A stretch of 64,000 nucleotides of DNA from assembly GCF_009914755.1 (NCBI RefSeq), contig NC_060947.1, one strand, 5' to 3'. This DNA comes from the human T2T-CHM13v2.0 reference genome, Homo sapiens. A program made the position numbers and the translations under genes. A model generated the notes under the pieces. It made no database searches and was not told the DNA's origin. It saw only the letters and a program-made list of their open reading frames with translations. This document shows, piece by piece, positions 1 through 20,100 of the stretch (position 1 is the stretch's first letter; the number at the start of each line of letters is the position of its first letter).

Positions 1-368
1 TGAAGAATGCCATAAAAAGTAAATCTCAATGAGTTAGGCTATGATTAAAGACAAAAAATATAATTTAGTTGCCACCTTGAAAGAAAACGGTAATTCCAAG
101 GAGGCTGAAGAATAATGTCATACTGCCATTAAAAGGTGGTTTCATCCTTTCCGAAATCAGCATGGATTGATTAATGTTGAGCTATTTAGTGAGGCTGCTG
201 GTACATATAAGAACATTGCTACACAATGTGCACCTGGATTATGATGGACATATATATTTAATGTTCATTAGACAAGTGTTTTTTAAATGCAATCCAAAGC
301 ACTTATAAGATGAAAAACATAGGTTTGTGAAATGGCTATTAAAGAGTTAAAAATTACTTATCAAAAGG

Positions 369-748
369 TGATACAGACTGATTTATGTCACTCCTAATTC
401 ATCTGATAAAGTCCTGACATCCAGGGCCACAGAACATAATGATATTTAAAGATAGAACCATTCAACAGATAATTAAGATAAAATGAGGCCTTTAGGATGA
501 ACCCTAATTGGATCTCACCGGTGTTCTGATAAAAAGAGATTTGGACATACAGAGATACATCAGGGGTATGCACAAAGAAAAGGCCGTGGGATGACACAGA
601 GAGAAGGTGGTCATCTACAGGCCAAGCAGAGGGGTCTCAGGAGAAATAACATATGCTGAAATATTTGTTTTGGACTTACAGCCTCCAGAACTGTGAGAAA
701 ATTAATTTCTGTGGTGTTTTGTTATGGCAGTCCTAGCAGAAAAATAAA
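369..748 (+). mobile_element. MaLR LTR, MLT1A-like
   Basis: Typical MLT1 motifs: 'gataattaagataaaatgaggcc', 'gagaaggtggtcatctacaggccaag', 'ggacttacagcctccagaactgtgagaaa', 'ttgttatggcagtcctagc'. Confidence 0.8.
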
Positions 749-1007
749 CTACCAAAGACAACATTATGAATCCAGACAAAGGAGTTTGATATATATATAT
801 CAAAATATATAGTCTATTATCTAAGGTAAACTTTCTGACAGGCCATTGAAGCTATACTTGGATATCATGTAATTTGTTTAGCTGAATTTTTGGAAAAAAT
901 ATAAAACAAAGAATTGCATTGAAAATATTCAAGCATCAGGGAAGGAAGCAACAGGAGTAATATTCATGCAGTATGACAGAAATTTTTACCTTACAGGGCA
1001 AAAAACT

Positions 1008-1663
1008 GTGGGATTCAAATAAAGATAAATGGAGTCATAGAAGAAATAGCTCACTGTGAGAATGCTGACACTACCAATGTTCAAGAGACTCTAGATATGA
1101 TGCCGGAAGAACTCAGTGGAGGCAAACTTATCAATATTAATAGGAAAAGTGTTTGTGATGAAAAGAATGAAGATACCTCACAGGTAGTGACATGGGAAAG
1201 AAGAAAAGAAGCTTGGAATTAAAGGAATTCATAGTAATATTACATGACATTGAAATTATAATGGTAAAATGGACAAAAGGTTAAAATTACTGTTGAAAAC
1301 TGATCCAAATTTAGAAAGGAGCATGACAATTTTGCCTAAGCCTACTAAAGTTTTTCACTCTGTTGTAAGTTATGTTTAGAAGAAGGCAAGCAATGTTCAA
1401 ATTATGCTTGATAACTTTTATTACAAGAAAAGTTTCTAATGTTTTAAAATGTGTAATAATTTAATTACTAGTTTTTCTCTTTTTCAATTCCCTATACATT
1501 TATAACTAAAAGTAAGACAGTTTTTAATGTTTTAACAAAATTTTTAAAGGCCATAGAACAATGTGATTAATTTTTCTCATTAATTCCTAAGGTTGCTTTG
1601 CAGTTTCAACTTGCATGATCATTAATATAGTCCCACATTAGAGTGTAAAGTGAAAACTCCCTG
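1008..1663 (+). mobile_element. TcMar-Tigger DNA transposon relic (Tigger13-like), 3' part
   Basis: 'aaatggagtcatagaagaaatagct', 'gagactctagatatg', 'ctgatccaaatttagaaaggagcatgacaatt' and a TIR-like end 'gtaaagtgaaaactccctg' resemble old Tigger consensus. Confidence 0.65.
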
Positions 1664-2020
1664 AATGTTATTTCATTTGTATATGATATTTTTCATTGTA
1701 TTAGCATTTAACTGAAGAGAAAGGCTTGAAGTTGAAAGTATAATTGGGAGTTGGCCCAGGTACAATTTTGACTCAGTTGCATCACGTGCTCCATTTACTC
1801 TTTCATCACCTCATATTTATAATCAAATATTAATTTACAAATTTGTAATTTTATTTTATGTGTATGTCTTTTAAGTTTTTGGTGACATGTAGACAGCTCT
1901 CTGAATTCACTGATTTAAAACAGTTTAAATTTTGGTAACTAGCCGTGATACTTTAATCTCCTCTAGAATGACATATTTTCTTGCTGGTAAATACTACTTT
2001 CTCATTCAATATTTCCTCAC

Positions 2021-2066
2021 CTTTAAAATTAATCTTTTACTTCTCAGTTTATTTATTTTTTCCTTC
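2021..2066 (-). pseudogene. Candidate fossil exon (46 nt, phase 2>0): KEKINKLRSKRLILK
   Basis: Minus strand: ttttgtttgtatatag|GAAGG...TTAAAG|gtgagg; open frame, coiled-coil-like composition. Confidence 0.5.
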
Positions 2067-2186
2067 CTATATACAAACAAAATAATAGGAATATATGTTA
2101 TTATTATTATTATTAGTTCTTTATACCAAATCATTTTAAATATAAATATTGCCAATACCTGCTCCCAAATGGGACATTTTCCTTAC

Positions 2187-2228
2187 CAGGTTCAACTGTT
2201 AACAGTCAGTTGCAAAAACTTTTTATGC
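2187..2228 (-). pseudogene. Candidate fossil exon (42 nt, phase 2>2): HKKFLQLTVNS*T(W)
   Basis: Minus strand: tattcttag|GCATA...AACCTG|gtaagg; 120-nt intron to the next candidate; one TGA in the phase-compatible frame. Confidence 0.4.
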
Positions 2229-2244
2229 CTAAGAATACCTTTCA

Positions 2245-2965
<721 letters not shown>

Positions 2966-3799
2966 AAGAATACCTTTCACTTATTTTAAAGTAAGTACGT
3001 GTATTTATTTCCCAGTGTATTAATTATCTCTTCTTAATTTAAATGTCTTGCTAGTTGAATACCTAAAAAAAAGAATGGCAATTTCTCTTGATTTCATTGC
3101 ATTTCAGTGCACTCTGATGTACCAAAAATAAGGTACCTATAAGGAGCATTTAAAATGGCCTGTAAGACCATATTGCAGTTATCTCATAAGCTTTATGTTT
3201 TTCTGACTCATTTTTTGGAGATATAATCCCTTGAATTATCCAATGTTTATATAACATTGCATTATGTTCCTCCTGCCATAGTTCTTACAGATTTCCAGAA
3301 TTAAGAAATACTATGTCTAATAACCTGAACTCATGTTTTATTTCTGCAGTCCTCTCCTCCAATCTACCTCAACTTATTTGGTCATTCACTACCTACACTT
3401 TGTAATTAAGAAAAACTGTCATCCTTTCATTATCTTAACTTCCTGTATCCCATTTTTAATCTACCTCTTCCTATGGTTTTGCCTTCATTACATTTTAAAC
3501 CTCATTTCAACAATCCTTAGAAATTACACTATATTGATCCCACCTCACTTTTAGTATCCATCATGCTCTCCCTTCCCTCATTATTAAAATGAAATTCACT
3601 TGTCAAACATAATAATTATTCCCTTAAATATAACTGATCACTCTCTCCTTCTTTCTTTCTCTCTATGTGTCTCATCTTTGAATTTCCTTTATAAGACTTC
3701 AACCCTAGTTGAATCAACCCATCCACCTTTTTCATATTCCTACTCAAAAAGATGAACACTCCTTCCTCATCTTTAGTCTCAGCTGATACTTTTGCTTTA

Positions 3800-9348
<5,549 letters not shown>

Positions 9349-9619
9349 GATACTTTTGCTTTAATTTGCACTGAGAAAATAAAATAAACGCAGTCAAGAG
9401 ATATTTCCTAGCAGCCCTCATCACTTCTACCCACCTACCAGAATTATTCCTCACTTACTCTTTATTTCCTGTGACTAATATGAAAAAAATGTTCATGATT
9501 CTTGTTAAGACCGATCACTCCACTTGAGCATTAGGTACTACAACTGTTGCTGTTTCCTCAAGGCTATCTTCACAACTATTTCTTTCTGTCTTGCAATCAT
9601 TTATAATTATGCACTGCAT

Positions 9620-12075
9620 CATTCTCTCCATTGGTTTATGTGTCTGTTTGGTATGAGCACCATGCTGTTTTGATTACCGTAGCCTCGTAGTATAGTTTGC
9701 AATCAGGTATTGTGATGCCTCCAGCTTTTTGCTTTGTAATTTTTGCTGAATAGCCTTGGCCATTCAACCTATTGCTTGGTTCCTTATGAATATAAAAACA
9801 GTTTCTTCTAATTAAGTAAAGAATGTTATTGGGAGTTTGATGGGAATAGCATTGAATCTGTAAATTGCTTTGGGCTGTATGGGCATTTAAAAAATATTGA
9901 TTCTTCCCATCCATGAGAATGGAACTTTTTTTATTTGTTTGTGTTATCTCTGATTTCCTTAAGCAGTGTTTTGTAATTTTCACTATACATATCTTTCATC
10001 TCCTTGGTTAGCTGTATTTCTAGGTCTATTATTCTTTTTGTGGCTATTTCAAATGGGATTGCATTATTGATTTGGGTCTGGGCTAAGATGTTGTTGGTGT
10101 ATAGGAATGCTATTAATTCCTCAAGGATCTAGAGCTAGAAATACCATTTGATCCAGCCATCCCACTACTGGGTATATACCCAAAGAGTTATAAATCATGG
10201 TGCTATAAAGACACATGCACACGTATGTTTATTGTGGCACTGTTCACAACAGCAAAGACTTGGAACCAACCAAAATGTTCACCAATGACAGACTGGATTA
10301 AGAAAATGTGGCACATATACAGCATGGAATACTATGCAGCCATAAAGAAGGATGAGTTCATGTCCTTTGTAGGGACATGGATGAAGCTGGAAACCATCAT
10401 TCTCAGCAAACTGTCACAAGGACAAAAAACCAAACACCACATGTTCTCACTCATAGGTGGGAATTGAACAATGAGAACACTTGGACACAGGAAGGGGAAC
10501 ATCACACACCGGGGCCTGTTGTGGGGTGGGGGGAAGGGGGGAGGAATAGCATTAGGAGATATAGGAGATATACCTAATGTAAATGACGAGTTAATGGGTG
10601 CAGCACACCAACATGCCACATATATACATATGTAACAAACCTGCATGTTGTGCACATGTACCCTAGAACTTAAAGTATAATAAAAAGTTTTTTCATACAA
10701 TGATTTTGTATCTTGAAAATTTGCTGAAATTTTTTTATCAGATTGATGAGCTGTTGAACAAGACTATGGGGTTTTCTTGATATAGAACCATATCATCTGC
10801 AAACAGGATTATTCAACTTCTTTTATTCCTATTTGGATGCCTTTTATTTCTTTCTCTTCCCTGATTGCTCTGCCAGGACTTCCAGTACTATGCTAAATAT
10901 AAATGGTGAGAGAAGGCATCCTTGTCTTCTGCCAGGTTTCTAGGGGAATGCTTCCAGCTTTTGTTCATTCACTATAATGTTGATTGTGGGTTTGTCATAC
11001 ATGGCTCTTATTATATTAAAGAATGTTTCTTCAATGCCTGATTTCTTGAGGGTTTTTCACATGAAGGGATGTTGAATTATTCTAAAATCCCTTTCCGCAT
11101 CTATTGAGATGATCATGTGTTCGTTATTTTTTTTAAGTTTCCTTTATGCGGTGAATCATTTATTGATTTCCATATGTAGAGCCAGGAATGAAGCCTAATT
11201 GATCACAGTGGATTCATTTTTTGATATGCTGCTGCATTCCATTTGCCAGTATTTTGTTAAATATTTTTATATCACTGTCGATCAAGGATATTGGCCTGAA
11301 GTTTTCCCTTTTTGTTGTTTTTCTGCCGGTGCACTGACAAGACAGCACTGGCATGGTGGGGTGCATGTGCACACAGGTACCAGCTGGGAAGAGAAGTTAA
11401 AGTCTGCCCTTGCAAAGTAATGTGGGGGGTGGCTGGAAATGAGTGCTTGCTGGCAAAAAAACATGAGGGAGTCTGTGATGGATGGAGGGCACAGGAGGGC
11501 TGGTGTGCACCAGCAGGGGCTGCTCCACTGGAGCTTTCTGATGGTCAAGTCTGGCCTATCAGTGCAGGAGCTATGATGTCTGACTTTGAGAGGCATCCTG
11601 GCCGGGCACAAGGCTGCACTGCAAGCAGGCATGGCCAGGCTGGGGCCCTGGTTGAGGGCAGCAGATAGAGGGGTGCTGAGGTTGACCACTTCTTATGGGC
11701 AAGATTGCCCTGCACTGTTAAGGTCTGACAGTTCCCCTAAGGTTAAAGTCTCCTAGGGAACAAAGCAAACCTTGGGGGATGGGCATCCCTGGCTTTGCTG
11801 CCCTACAGACACTCTCACACCAAACCCTCTGGGCTCCAAACTAGCTGAAGTTTTGCCCCTAACACCTCTCTAAGCAACTCTCCCTGCCAGGTCAAGTGTC
11901 TGTAAGGGGTTGTGGGATCTCCTTCTGCCAGGATTCCAGATGTCCATAGCAAGAGTTTGCTGCTCCACACCTGCTCAAATCACCCCTTTCCCAGGAGTTG
12001 TTGGAAGCCATGGATGAGTCCCAATGCACAGTAGCTTTATGCCAATCTTTTCTTACAGTTTCATTCTCTCTGCTA
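9620..12075 (-). mobile_element. Second old L1PA fragment: ORF2 fused directly to 5'UTR
   Basis: ORF2 antisense at 9620-10115 and 10687-11322, then GC-rich 5'UTR homologous to 8950-9229. Confidence 0.85.
10116..10686 (+). mobile_element. 5'-truncated L1PA4/5-like 3' end nested in older L1
   Basis: ORF2 C-terminus (...KTKHHMFSLIGGN), G-rich 3'UTR, 'cttaaagtataataaaaa'; no clear TSD. Confidence 0.92.
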
Positions 12076-12089
12076 AAGAGAGAATACAT

Positions 12090-13690
<1,601 letters not shown>

Positions 13691-13787
13691 TCTCCTTTCA
13701 TTCCTTCTCCTCCTCCTTACCCCCAACCCCTGACCCTTTCATCTTGTAAGAGTGGAAGAGATCCTCTCTATCCAGCTCTCTATATTC

Positions 13788-14445
13788 TGTGAAAAAAATA
13801 GATCTCAGGACCCTAAGCTCACTGTTTCAAAGGAAAAGTTAAGCTTGGGAACTGAGTCACTCAATACTGTCTCCTTTTTGTTCCCAAAGAGCTGCCATTT
13901 CACAACCCTTTGTCATAACCTTATACGTAAACCATGTTACCACAATGAAAGAAGGCCATATATCTTCCCAGTTGGTCTCTCTCTTAATGTGCTCACAAGA
14001 AAAGACCTTGTGAGCCCCTAAATCTTTCAGGATACATATCTTTTCTATAAACTAGCCCTAAAATTGAGTCCTGCTAAATCTCAATCTGAGGATTTCAATT
14101 ATGATCTAATCTTCACAAATACAGAGCAAGGACAAGACTGGAAATTATTTCTCCCCCTACACTGAGATGAATGCATAACTGACTTTTTCCTCTGCTCACT
14201 CTTTTCACATGCTTGCCTTATCTTATGTAAAATTGAGATGTACAGAGCCCTTATTAGAGCTTCACAAAAATGTAACCATTTGCCTCACTGCCTGCCCTCT
14301 TCATTTTTCCCTCCTGCTTGCTCTTTCCTCTTTAAATATGAAGTTCCCCATTTGAAAAGCACAGGACACAGATGCTCTTGTGACTTGTGTTTTTCCTGGG
14401 TGTATCCTCAGATTTGGGAAAATAAATAATGATCTTCTTTTAACA
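13788..14445 (+). mobile_element. ERV1 solo LTR, MER4 group
   Basis: Starts 'tgtgaaaaaaatagatctcaggaccctaagctcact...aagttaagcttgggaactgagtcac'; TATA-like 'tttaaata'; AATAAA near the end. Confidence 0.7.
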
Positions 14446-14479
14446 CCTTATTTAAAACTGAACTTTCTAACCTTTGACA

Positions 14480-14722
14480 AGTCTTAACTTCTTTTCCTGT
14501 TTTGCTTTTTCCGTCCTTAATACCCCTAATCACCATCTAACATAGTATGTATATTACTTATTTGTTTCTATCCTCATTTTTAATTCACTAGAATGCAACC
14601 TCCACGAAGATAAGAATTTTTGTTTGTTTGGTTGTTATTCACAGTTGCATTCTTAATAAATAGAAGGGTTCCTGGCCTATAGTACGTGTTCAATAAACAG
14701 TTTTTGAATAAATAATGAATAA
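14480..14722 (+). mobile_element. L2 3' end
   Basis: 'cactagaatgcaacctccacgaag', 'cctggcctatagtacgtgttcaataaacagtttttgaataaat'. Confidence 0.75.
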
Positions 14723-14796
14723 TGGTGAATATAAATAGAAACACCCTGAAGCTTTAAGACTTGTGATTCATTGATTTTTTAAAATTATAATTTTAC

Positions 14797-14901
14797 ATTC
14801 TTTCTGAAGAGATATCATCATACTGTGATTTTCCTGAGTGTCAAATTGTGATAATTCTTCCATTTGGGGCTGCTTCATTTTATCCTTGAGTGAAAGCTCA
14901 G
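14797..14901 (-). pseudogene. Weak candidate fossil exon (105 nt): ELSLKDKMKQPQMEELSQFDTQENHSMMISLQKE
   Basis: Open, E/K/Q-rich frame ending GAAT|gtaaaa; the acceptor would need ccacaT to be a mutated ccacAG. Confidence 0.3.
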
Positions 14902-14938
14902 ATGTGGGACATGCCCAAAATGAGGTAAATATGTATCT

Positions 14939-15155
14939 CAAAGATTGGCACACTTTTTCTGTAAAGGGACAGATAGTAAATATTTTAGTCTTTAGTCTTT
15001 GCCAGCCACATATATTTCTGGTAACTTTTTTTTGTCTTTTTAAAAATTACTCTCTTAAAATGTTAAAAATGAACAAAATGAAAAAAAACCTTAACTAAAA
15101 AGTTGCACAAAAACAGACCTAGATTTGGCACAAAGGCCATAATTTGGTGACCTTT
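14939..15155 (+). mobile_element. hAT-Charlie MER58-like
   Basis: 'ttggcacactttttctgtaaagggacagatagtaaatatttta' ... 'gatttggcacaaaggccataatttggtgacc'. Confidence 0.75.
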
Positions 15156-15499
15156 AATCTAGACCAAGATGCTTCCAACTCGCAATTTGCTTATATGCCC
15201 ATCTGCTCTGTCAGAGTAACTGCAGATGTACTCTTCAGGATCACTCATCAAACACCCAATAAAATTAGATATTTTCCTTCCTTCCAAAGGTACCCAAATC
15301 AACATCACACATTCATAATCGTTACCCATAGAACAAAGCTACATCATGCCCCATCTGTACCTTGGATCAAGTTCTCAATAGGACAGTGTTCATTCCCTGG
15401 AATCAATATTTGTACTCATATAACATTCCACAGCAATAATAAATTTTGTTCCAAATTTGTTCTCATAATTTTAAAATATGGTCAATTAAAATATATAAC

Positions 15500-15940
15500 C
15501 ACTTCTGTTTGAGCCTGAAGATGTAGAGCTGAAAATAAAGTTGGTCTCACAATTATAACATAAAAAGAGATGAATATTCTTCAAATTAATATTTTTTCTT
15601 TAATCCACTAGAGAACTGAGGTTGCAGGGCAATCAAGTAACCCCAAAACTGGAGACAGACAGGTGTCTACAAGAAGAAACAAGTCATTAATATTTGTACA
15701 CCTGAGGCAGAAGTGCTAGCTGCCAGAAAAGTTTCAACAAATTGCTAAATGCTAAGTGGTCTAGCATACATGAGTATGAAGCCCGTAGTGGCTGCATATA
15801 CAATCAGGTTAATACTCTCTTGCAAGTTTTTCTTTCAGCAATTCACAAGGTGCTCACAGGAAAGATCAGAGAAAATTTTGGGAAAGATTTCCAGGAGTCT
15901 TCTGAGGGGAAAACAGGAGCCGCTTTCACTACTCTGCCCA
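15500..15940 (+). mobile_element. Ancient L1M 5' fragment
   Basis: 'acttctgtttgagcctgaagatgtagag', 'gagaactgaggttgcagggca' resemble old L1 5' ends. Confidence 0.4.
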
Positions 15941-15949
15941 GACCCATAC

Positions 15950-15999
15950 CTTCAATTTGCCCAATACTATAAAAATCTTAATCTGTTATTCAAGTCTTC
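15950..15999 (-). pseudogene. Candidate fossil exon (50 nt, phase 0>2): EDLNNRLRFL*YWAN*(R)
   Basis: Minus strand: tatcgtag|GAAGAC...TTGAAG|gtatgg; heptad-like start, two stops. Confidence 0.45.
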
Positions 16000-16220
16000 C
16001 TACGATACTAAATTTGTAATTTAAAAATATATTTTATGCATTTGTGCTGTTTTTATAAGATAATATTTTCCTTGCTCTGTGTCTTTAAATAATTTACTTA
16101 CTTATTGAGTCTACAATGTGATTATCTGTTTACTTCAGTGGATAAAATGTTTTCTTTCATCTGGATCTATGTACACTTAGACATTGTATTAGAGTTTTCT
16201 AGAGGGACGGAACTAATAGG

Positions 16221-16387
16221 ATATATATATCCTATTAGTTATATAGATATATATCCTATATAAATATCCAATAGATATATATAATCCCATATCCTATATA
16301 TATCCCATATATATATATATATATATATATCTCCATATATCCATAGATCATGATATATCCATATATAAGGACATATGGATATCTATG

Positions 16388-16430
<43 letters not shown>
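16221..16430. repeat. AT-rich microsatellite / quasi-palindrome inside LTR
   Basis: (AT)n-ctccata...tatggag-(AT)20. Confidence 0.9.
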
Positions 16431-16435
<5 letters not shown>

Positions 16436-16726
16436 TTAATTAAGTATTAATTCACATGATCACAAGGTCCCACAATAGGCCATCTGCAAGCTGAGGAACA
16501 AGGAGAGCCAGTCCAAGTCCCAAAACTGAAGAACTTGGAGTCCGATGTTTGAGGCTAGGAAGCATCCAGCATGGGAGAAAGATGTAGGCTGGGAGGCCAG
16601 GTCAGTCTTGTCTTTTCAGATTTTTCTGCTTGCTTTATATTCTAGCCACACTGGCAGCTGATTAGATGGTGCCCACCCAGATTTGGGGTGTGTCTGCCTT
16701 TCCCAGTCCACTGATTCAAATGTTAA

Positions 16727-17110
<384 letters not shown>

Positions 17111-20100
17111 CAGACACTCAGACAAGTCTACCCCTTGTCAACTTGAACCCATACACATCTCCTGAGATTATACATAATCTTCAAATAAAGACAATAATAA
17201 GGTCATAATTACAGTTAATGTAATACAATTATGCTATGTACAACTGAAAATGTACCAATCCCCAACCCAAATGCTATTATATAAAGTTGACAATACTTAA
17301 ATGCTGACTTGAAGTCAATGAATCTTGTGTCACATGACAAAGAAAAAATGAAATAAAATGAAGATATTTTCTTAGTACAAGTGTATACATGCACAAATAT
17401 GTTTTTAACAAAAGAAAGAGGTAATACTCATGACAATTAAAGTCCTCATTTCTGCAACTGGTCACGTGGCCATAGCTGGTATTTATGACTACCTTCTACT
17501 ACTCATTTTTTATTCCCTTTGCATTCATCAAGCACCTCAGCAGGTCATGGGTGTTTTTTTTTTTTTCCTAGTGGAGTGACCCAAACCTTCATTCCTGAGG
17601 GGTCTGGGCCATTTGTAGTTCTGCCTGGATTGAGCAGTTGTAGTTTCCCATTGACCTTAATCACAGGGCATGGTAATACTAAGAGACACCCTGATGGATC
17701 TCCTGTATTCCCTATAAACTCTTCTTTACCTCAGTTGTGCACTAGTAGACTGATTTTATCTTGATAGTCTGGGTCAATCACCCCAGCCAACACTGTAACT
17801 CCCTTCTTAGCCTGTTGACTTAAAGGTAGGAGGAGCCCAAAGTGTCCAGGTGGCAAACTTAACTTTCAGTTTAATGGAATTGTTGTTATGTCTCCTGGTG
17901 GCTGCATTCCTCCCTCTGGAACTAAGACTTCGAGGAATATAATGTTGCAGGAACAGGAAGCAAAAATTTTGCTAGTGGATCACTAGGGGTGATGGTGAGT
18001 GGTGACACTTCCACTTCCACCCCTTGATTCCTGGACCCATGAATCCTGCCTACGAGATAAACAGTACCATATATTGGACACTGATTCAGAGCCAACATGG
18101 TCTTCTGGAGAACTTTGCCCCAGCCCTGCAAAGTATTGTCACCTAGTTGGTGTTGTAATTGTGACTTCAAACGGCCATTTTACCGTTCTATTAATCCAGC
18201 TGCTTCAGTATGATGGGGAACATGGTAAGACCAGTCAATTCTATGAGCATAAGCCCACTCTTACACTTCTTTAGCTGTAAGGTGAATGCCTTGGTCAGAG
18301 GCAATGTTGTGTGGAATACCATGACAGTGGATAAGGCACTCTGTGAGTCCACGGATGGTAGTCTTGGCAGAAGCATTGCATGCAGGATAGGCAGACCCAC
18401 ATCCAGAGTAAGTGTCTATTCCAATGAGAACAAACCTCTGCTCTTTCCATGATGGAAGAGGTCCAATATAATCAACCTGCCACCAGGTAGCTGGCTGATC
18501 ACCCAAAGGAATGGTCCCATATTGAGAGCTCAGTGCTGGCCTCTGCTGCTGGCAAATTGAGCAGTCAGCAGGTCAGCCTTGGTGAGTGGAGGTCCATGTT
18601 ACTGTGCCCATGAGTAACCTCCATTCCTGACACCATGGACATTTTGTTCATGGACCCATTGGGTGATAACAGAGATGACTGGGGAAAGAGGCTAAACAGT
18701 GTTCACAGAATGGGTCATCCTCTCCATTTGATTATTAAAATCATCATCTGCTGAGGTCACCTGTTAGTGAGTACTCACAAGGGATACAAATATCTTCACA
18801 GTTTTTGACCACTCAGAGAGGTCCATCCACATACCACTTCCCCACATTTCTTTGTCACCAATTTTCCAGTCATGCTTCTTTCAAGTCCCTGACCATCCAA
18901 ACCAAACCATTAGCTACAGCCCATGAATTGGTATATAATCGCACATATGGCCATTTCTCCTTCCATGCAAAGTGCACAACCAGGTGCACTGCTTGAAGTT
19001 CTGCCTACTGGTAAGATTTCTTTTCACTGCTGTCCTTCAGGGATGTCCTAGAAAGGGGCTGTAGTGCTGCAGCTGTCCACTTTTGGATTGTACCTGCATA
19101 TCGTGCAGAACCATCTGTGAACCAGGCCCTAGTCTTGTCTTCCTCTGTCAACTGATCATAGGGAACTCTCTATGAGGCCATCGGTGCAGGCTGGGGGAGA
19201 GAAGGCGGAGCTCCAGGAATGGATATCATAGGCATTTGAGCCATTTCCCCATGTAACTTACTTGTGCTTTCAGGGCCTGCTCGAGCCCAATCATGTATAT
19301 TCCACTTCCATTTGATGATGGGATGCTTCTTTGCACACCCCACTTTATGGCTAGATGGGTCAGAAAGCACCCAGTTTATGATAGGAAGTTCAGGTTGCAT
19401 AGTGACTTGATGATCCATAGTCAAGCATTCAGTTTACACCAAAGCCCAGTAACAGGCCAAGAGCTGTCTCTCAAATGGAGAGTAGTTATCTGCAGAAGAT
19501 GACAGGGCCTTGCTCCAAAATTCTGTAGGCCTCCATTGTGATTCACCTATGGGGGCATGCCAGAAGCTCCAAACAGCATCCCTGTCTGACACCGACACCT
19601 CAAGCGCAATTGGATATGCTGGGTCATATAGCCCAAGTCACAGAGTTGCCTGGACCTGTTTCAGAGCCTTCTTCTGTTCTGGACCCCACTCAAGACTGGC
19701 AGCCTTTTGGGTCACTCAATAAATGGGCCAGAGTAACACATCCAAATGTGGAATATTTTGCCTTCAAAATCCAAATAGGCCCACTAGGCTTTGTGCCCTT
19801 TTCTTGGCTGCAGGAGGGGCCGAATGCAGCAAATTATCCTTCACCTTAGAAGGAATATTTTGACATGTCCCACACCACTGGACTCCTAGAAATTTTACTG
19901 AGGTAGAAGGTCCCTAAATTTCAGTCAGATTTATTTCCCATCTTCTGGCATGCAAAAGTCTCACCAATAAGTCCTGTGTGTTTGCTACTCCTTTCTCACC
20001 TGATCCAATCAGCATAAGGTCAACAATGTAATGGACCAGTGTGATATCTTGTAGAAGCAAAATATGACCAAGGTCTCTCTGAATAAGATTGTGACACAAA

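Noticed and set aside
15144-15512. 122-aa plus-strand ORF in unique DNA
   Set aside because: Non-ATG start within MER58, no splice context, no recognisable domain
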